DNA from: Adineta vaga
Taxonomy: Eukaryota; Animalia; Rotifera
DNA: 64,000 nt
Assembly (NCBI GenBank): GCA_021613535.1
Contig: CP075494.1
Span: 4,712,001-4,776,000 of the forward strand
Direction: 5' to 3'
Both the position numbers and the translations under genes were made by a program. This document shows positions 60,635 through 64,000 of this stretch, piece by piece. Under the pieces are notes generated by a model. The model ran no database searches and was not told the origin of the DNA. It saw nothing but the letters and a program-made list of their open reading frames with translations. Each line of letters starts with the position of its first letter. Positions within the stretch are counted from its first letter, which is position 1.

Positions 60635-61608
60635 TTATTCGCTGCCACCGCCAAATATTCCATTCAAGATCGAATTGCTCTTACATCTAAAGAAAAAGTA
60701 TCTTTAAAAATGAAAAACGATTAAGCAAACAGTATTGATTATACCCATCGACGAATTGTTGTCTGTTCAATTTTTGTCCTTTATCAACACCGAACAAAGC
60801 AAAGATATCAGATGTAATTTGTGTTACATCTAGTTGCGCTGCTTCTTCCTTACTAAGACCCAGTTTTATCTAAAGAAAAAACATTATCAAGAAGCAAATC
60901 AAAAGCAATCTTACTCCTTTCTCTAAAAAATCTGTCACTTCATTGAAGCTAACATGTTGATCACCTGATATATCGATCCTGCATACACAACATAAAGAAA
61001 TCTTAGTATCTTTCATTTATAAACTATACTATAATAAACCCTACATATCAAATGCAAATTGAAGTGTACTATCTGGATTATTTTTATTTCCCATACAGCT
61101 AGCTAATACAAATTCAGTAAAATCAATGGAACCATCATGATTCGCATCGCATATAGCAAAGACATTCCTACAAATAATTTCATTTTCTAACGCTTTAAGA
61201 TACGAGAAAATCTTCCAAACATACTCGACCATTAAAGCAAGTCCTTCTTCATTTCCAACCAATTGCTTGTAATATTTACAGAATTGTTCTTTATTTATTT
61301 TACCTGTTCCATTTTCATCTCCTATTTGAAATGACTTAAAATCGAAAGAGATAGTATTGATGAAAAAAAAATCCTTTTCTTTTATACTTACTTCATACAA
61401 TTCTCGTATTTCTAGATAAAGAAAAAGAAGTCAAAAATACTATACTACGATTATTTGTTACTTTTATTTACCTTGTTCACTCAATTTGGAATTGGCCTTG
61501 AGTACAGCAATTTCTAATAGAAAATACAATTTTTTCTCAAATCTATGACTTGGAAAAAATGGAAATACCTGAATCTTGAAGTTTTTTCGAATGTTGCTTG
61601 TTTGACAT
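60635..61608 (-). CDS. EF-hand calcium-binding protein, neuronal calcium sensor/recoverin-like; multi-exon
   Basis: MSNKQHSKKL..EIAVLKANSKLSEQEIRELYE; EF loops DENGTGKINKEQF, DANHDGSIDFTEF and DISGDQHVSFNEV; ends CKSNSILNGIFGGGSE*. Confidence 0.8.
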
Positions 61609-62660
61609 CTTACTATAGTAATAATTTAGATGCAAAAATCAATGGGTTTTTATAGATTCAGACTAAATAAGAAGTAATTTTCTACGCAGTTGCTTTTTCT
61701 TTGCCGTTAGTTAACAATGAAATCTTACAAATGACAGATTTGATTGAGAATCACATCAAAACATCAATTTTGAGATGAATTTAAAACTGCGCATCTATTC
61801 CATTCATAACGAATTCTAAAGCAATAATCGAACTGTAGAGAACTAAAAACTAGGTATATTAATTTTGAAAATCAACAAGAATTGTTTCTTTCGAATCTTG
61901 AAATGTTGAGATATACTTTGTAGAAGATAAATTGTTCCATAAATAATTCGTCGATCAGAACTATTTATATATGAATAACTTTCATATTGCTTCCATCATT
62001 TAAATAAAACCATAGTAGAACAATAAATTCTACACAATCAAAAAAAGAAAGCATATTTGTAGGAATCCTTAGTGCGATTTCGAACGATATAAAATGAATG
62101 TTAAAATTCCAAGACCAAATCTAAGTATTGCACATGTGACAGAACTTGCAAGATAGGATGAAATTATTTATGTCTGAATATGATTTTTGTTTCATCTGAA
62201 TAAAATTATTTGATAACATATGTATGTTTTTGAAGGATAGTTAGATGGATGAAGAAAGAAAGTTTCTTTTAAAATGATGTTATTGCTCGATTCGATACGT
62301 TACTGTGTGACTACTCATTTTACCTTATCAGATTTGCCATTGTATTATTCATCCGTTCTTATCAATCCTTTGTTTTTTCCCTTCACTTTTTCAGAGTTTA
62401 ATTCCCTGTGTGTCACAGAATCTGCTTGCTGTCAAGCTTCTTTTTGTTAGTTCAATATTTATTAATCTTTATGAGTAAGCGTATCTGAACCATTTATTAA
62501 GGAAAACATTTGAATTTACTTTTGCGGAAGATTTTGGACAGTGGTATCGTATAATATAAATGTTTATTCAAAACAAAAAGAATACATCTTATTTATTATC
62601 AGATATAAAAGTAGATTACAATTCATAGGTTTAATAAATGAAAACCATATGTATCGTGTG

Positions 62661-63644
62661 TTATGCAGTTGTTGATGCTGCTGAATATGCTCGTCGATTT
62701 CTATGATGACGGTAGTAATAAACACCGGTAATTCCTACGATAATGCTAATAATAATAAAACAAGATAGTCGAATTAAAATTTTCGCGGAAAAATTGTTTT
62801 TTCTGATTGATAGGAGGTCTTTTGTCTTTGGTGGTTTTCCCATTGAACTATTTCGTGATGATCGATTTCGACGACGACGTAACCAGCTTACTATTGGTTT
62901 AAAATAATCAAATAAAGTTGCCGTTTCATTCCAAACAAGCCGAAATGTTGATTCATCATTACAATTATCTCTCGTACAAATATATTGAACTGTTTTATAT
63001 TCAATCGATCGAAAATCGATACTTTCCATTTTCATCGATAAATCAATCGTATTCAAATCGAGATCATCTATACAACCTGCTCCAAGCACACTATAATTTC
63101 TCATTGCAGTATATTCAGCAATACATATTCCACTTGAACAATCCGTGGATTTTCCTGCTATATCACATCTACTCGAATGATTGCCAAATGTTAATAAATA
63201 GATCAAATTCATTTGTATAATTTCATGTTTTATCTTAGCTAACCAATGTATCCATTTTTCGATAAACATTCGATCACATAAATTATTTGTCGAACAAGTA
63301 AAATCAATCGTACTTGTAACTGGATTATGTTCTTTCGTTAACGGAAACCATGTTTCGAAACTAATGTAATTCTCGGTAAGGTTTGTTGTTTCACCAAAAT
63401 CAATCGTGATATTACTATTGGCAATATTATATTCAATATAGATAGTAACATGACATACACTATTCTTTTTATATGAGAAGATTGTTTTGTTGTAAAGTTG
63501 TTGAAATGTACTTGAATTGTGAGTTGATAAGAGTTCAGTTCGAGAAATTTCCAAGGAACTATTTGTAATACAAAGTAATGAACATATGTTTTGTAGAGAG
63601 ATGAGAATCAATAATAGAATGATGAAAATGTTAAAAATTAGCAT
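62661..63644 (-). CDS. Type I membrane protein with Cys-rich ectodomain (possibly two Ly6/uPAR-like domains)
   Basis: Signal peptide; FTCSTNNLCD and YICTRDNCN motifs; basic stalk; TM ILIRLSCFIIISIIVGITGVYYY; short basic tail. Confidence 0.7.
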   Translation of the reverse strand: MLIFNIFIILLLILISLQNICSLLCITNSSLEISRTELLSTHNSSTFQQLYNKTIFSYKKNSVCHVTIYIEYNIANSNITIDFGETTNLTENYISFETWFPLTKEHNPVTSTIDFTCSTNNLCDRMFIEKWIHWLAKIKHEIIQMNLIYLLTFGNHSSRCDIAGKSTDCSSGICIAEYTAMRNYSVLGAGCIDDLDLNTIDLSMKMESIDFRSIEYKTVQYICTRDNCNDESTFRLVWNETATLFDYFKPIVSWLRRRRNRSSRNSSMGKPPKTKDLLSIRKNNFSAKILIRLSCFIIISIIVGITGVYYYRHHRNRRAYSAASTTA

Positions 63645-63681
63645 CTTTGTGGTTTATTTTTATTTTGAAAGAACTTTCTTT

Positions 63682-63703
63682 TTCTTCTTCTTCTTCTTCT
63701 TCT
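63682..63703. repeat. (TTC)n microsatellite
   Basis: Direct reading. Confidence 0.85.
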
Positions 63704-64000
63704 AACATATAAAGGAAGAAATTGAAGGTAAAAATGACATAATAGACAAGAGCATATACAAGAAAGAAAGAGAGATAAGAACAAAATATATAACAGAGAA
63801 TCAAAAGAATGAAGTGCAATTCAGAAGAACAAGCCTGTTTTACTATAACAGAAGAGAGATAAATAAATTATATAACTCTCTAGTCTTTTGTTGTTTTTTT
63901 TATTCAAATAAATGAACGATATATATTTAATGAGAAAAAAATTGACGAAATACTACAATTAATCACTGAACAAACTAAAAAGAAAGTGTTTTGATTTAGA

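Noticed and set aside
1-64000. Prokaryotic origin, operons or CRISPR arrays
   Set aside because: Numerous GT-AG introns restore reading frames and metazoan genes (GPCRs, intermediate filament) are present. No regularly spaced repeat-spacer array was seen.

Overview
AT-rich eukaryotic genomic DNA with short GT-AG introns (mostly 45-115 nt). The gene content (F-box/LRR proteins, ART-NHL, short orphan class A GPCRs, repeated Cys-rich two-TM modules, many bacterial/fungal-type enzymes interrupted by spliceosomal introns) points to a bdelloid rotifer (inference). The first ~19 kb is rich in probably horizontally acquired genes: serine beta-lactamase-like, membrane-anchored TIR, two GH76 mannanases, a PLP decarboxylase and an SDR. 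The stand-out gene is a single two-exon ~1228-aa fusion of P-loop kinase + PurC-like + HisA + HisI + HisE + short HisG domains (15156-18887), with a decayed partial copy at ~22.4-23.0 kb. Other genes: an ankyrin-ubiquitin fusion 41 bp upstream of an F-box gene, a VWA7-like gene, three gene-converted GPCR paralogues, a three-module membrane protein, a tandem MACPF pair (one with an in-frame UGA-CUAG, one with a TT splice donor), an intermediate filament, a secreted Cys-rich prepropeptide, a secreted HAD, an ART-NHL fusion and an EF-hand protein. There are also several pseudogenes, three MITE-like elements and telomere-like hairpins. All family calls are from motif recognition by eye; no searches were run.
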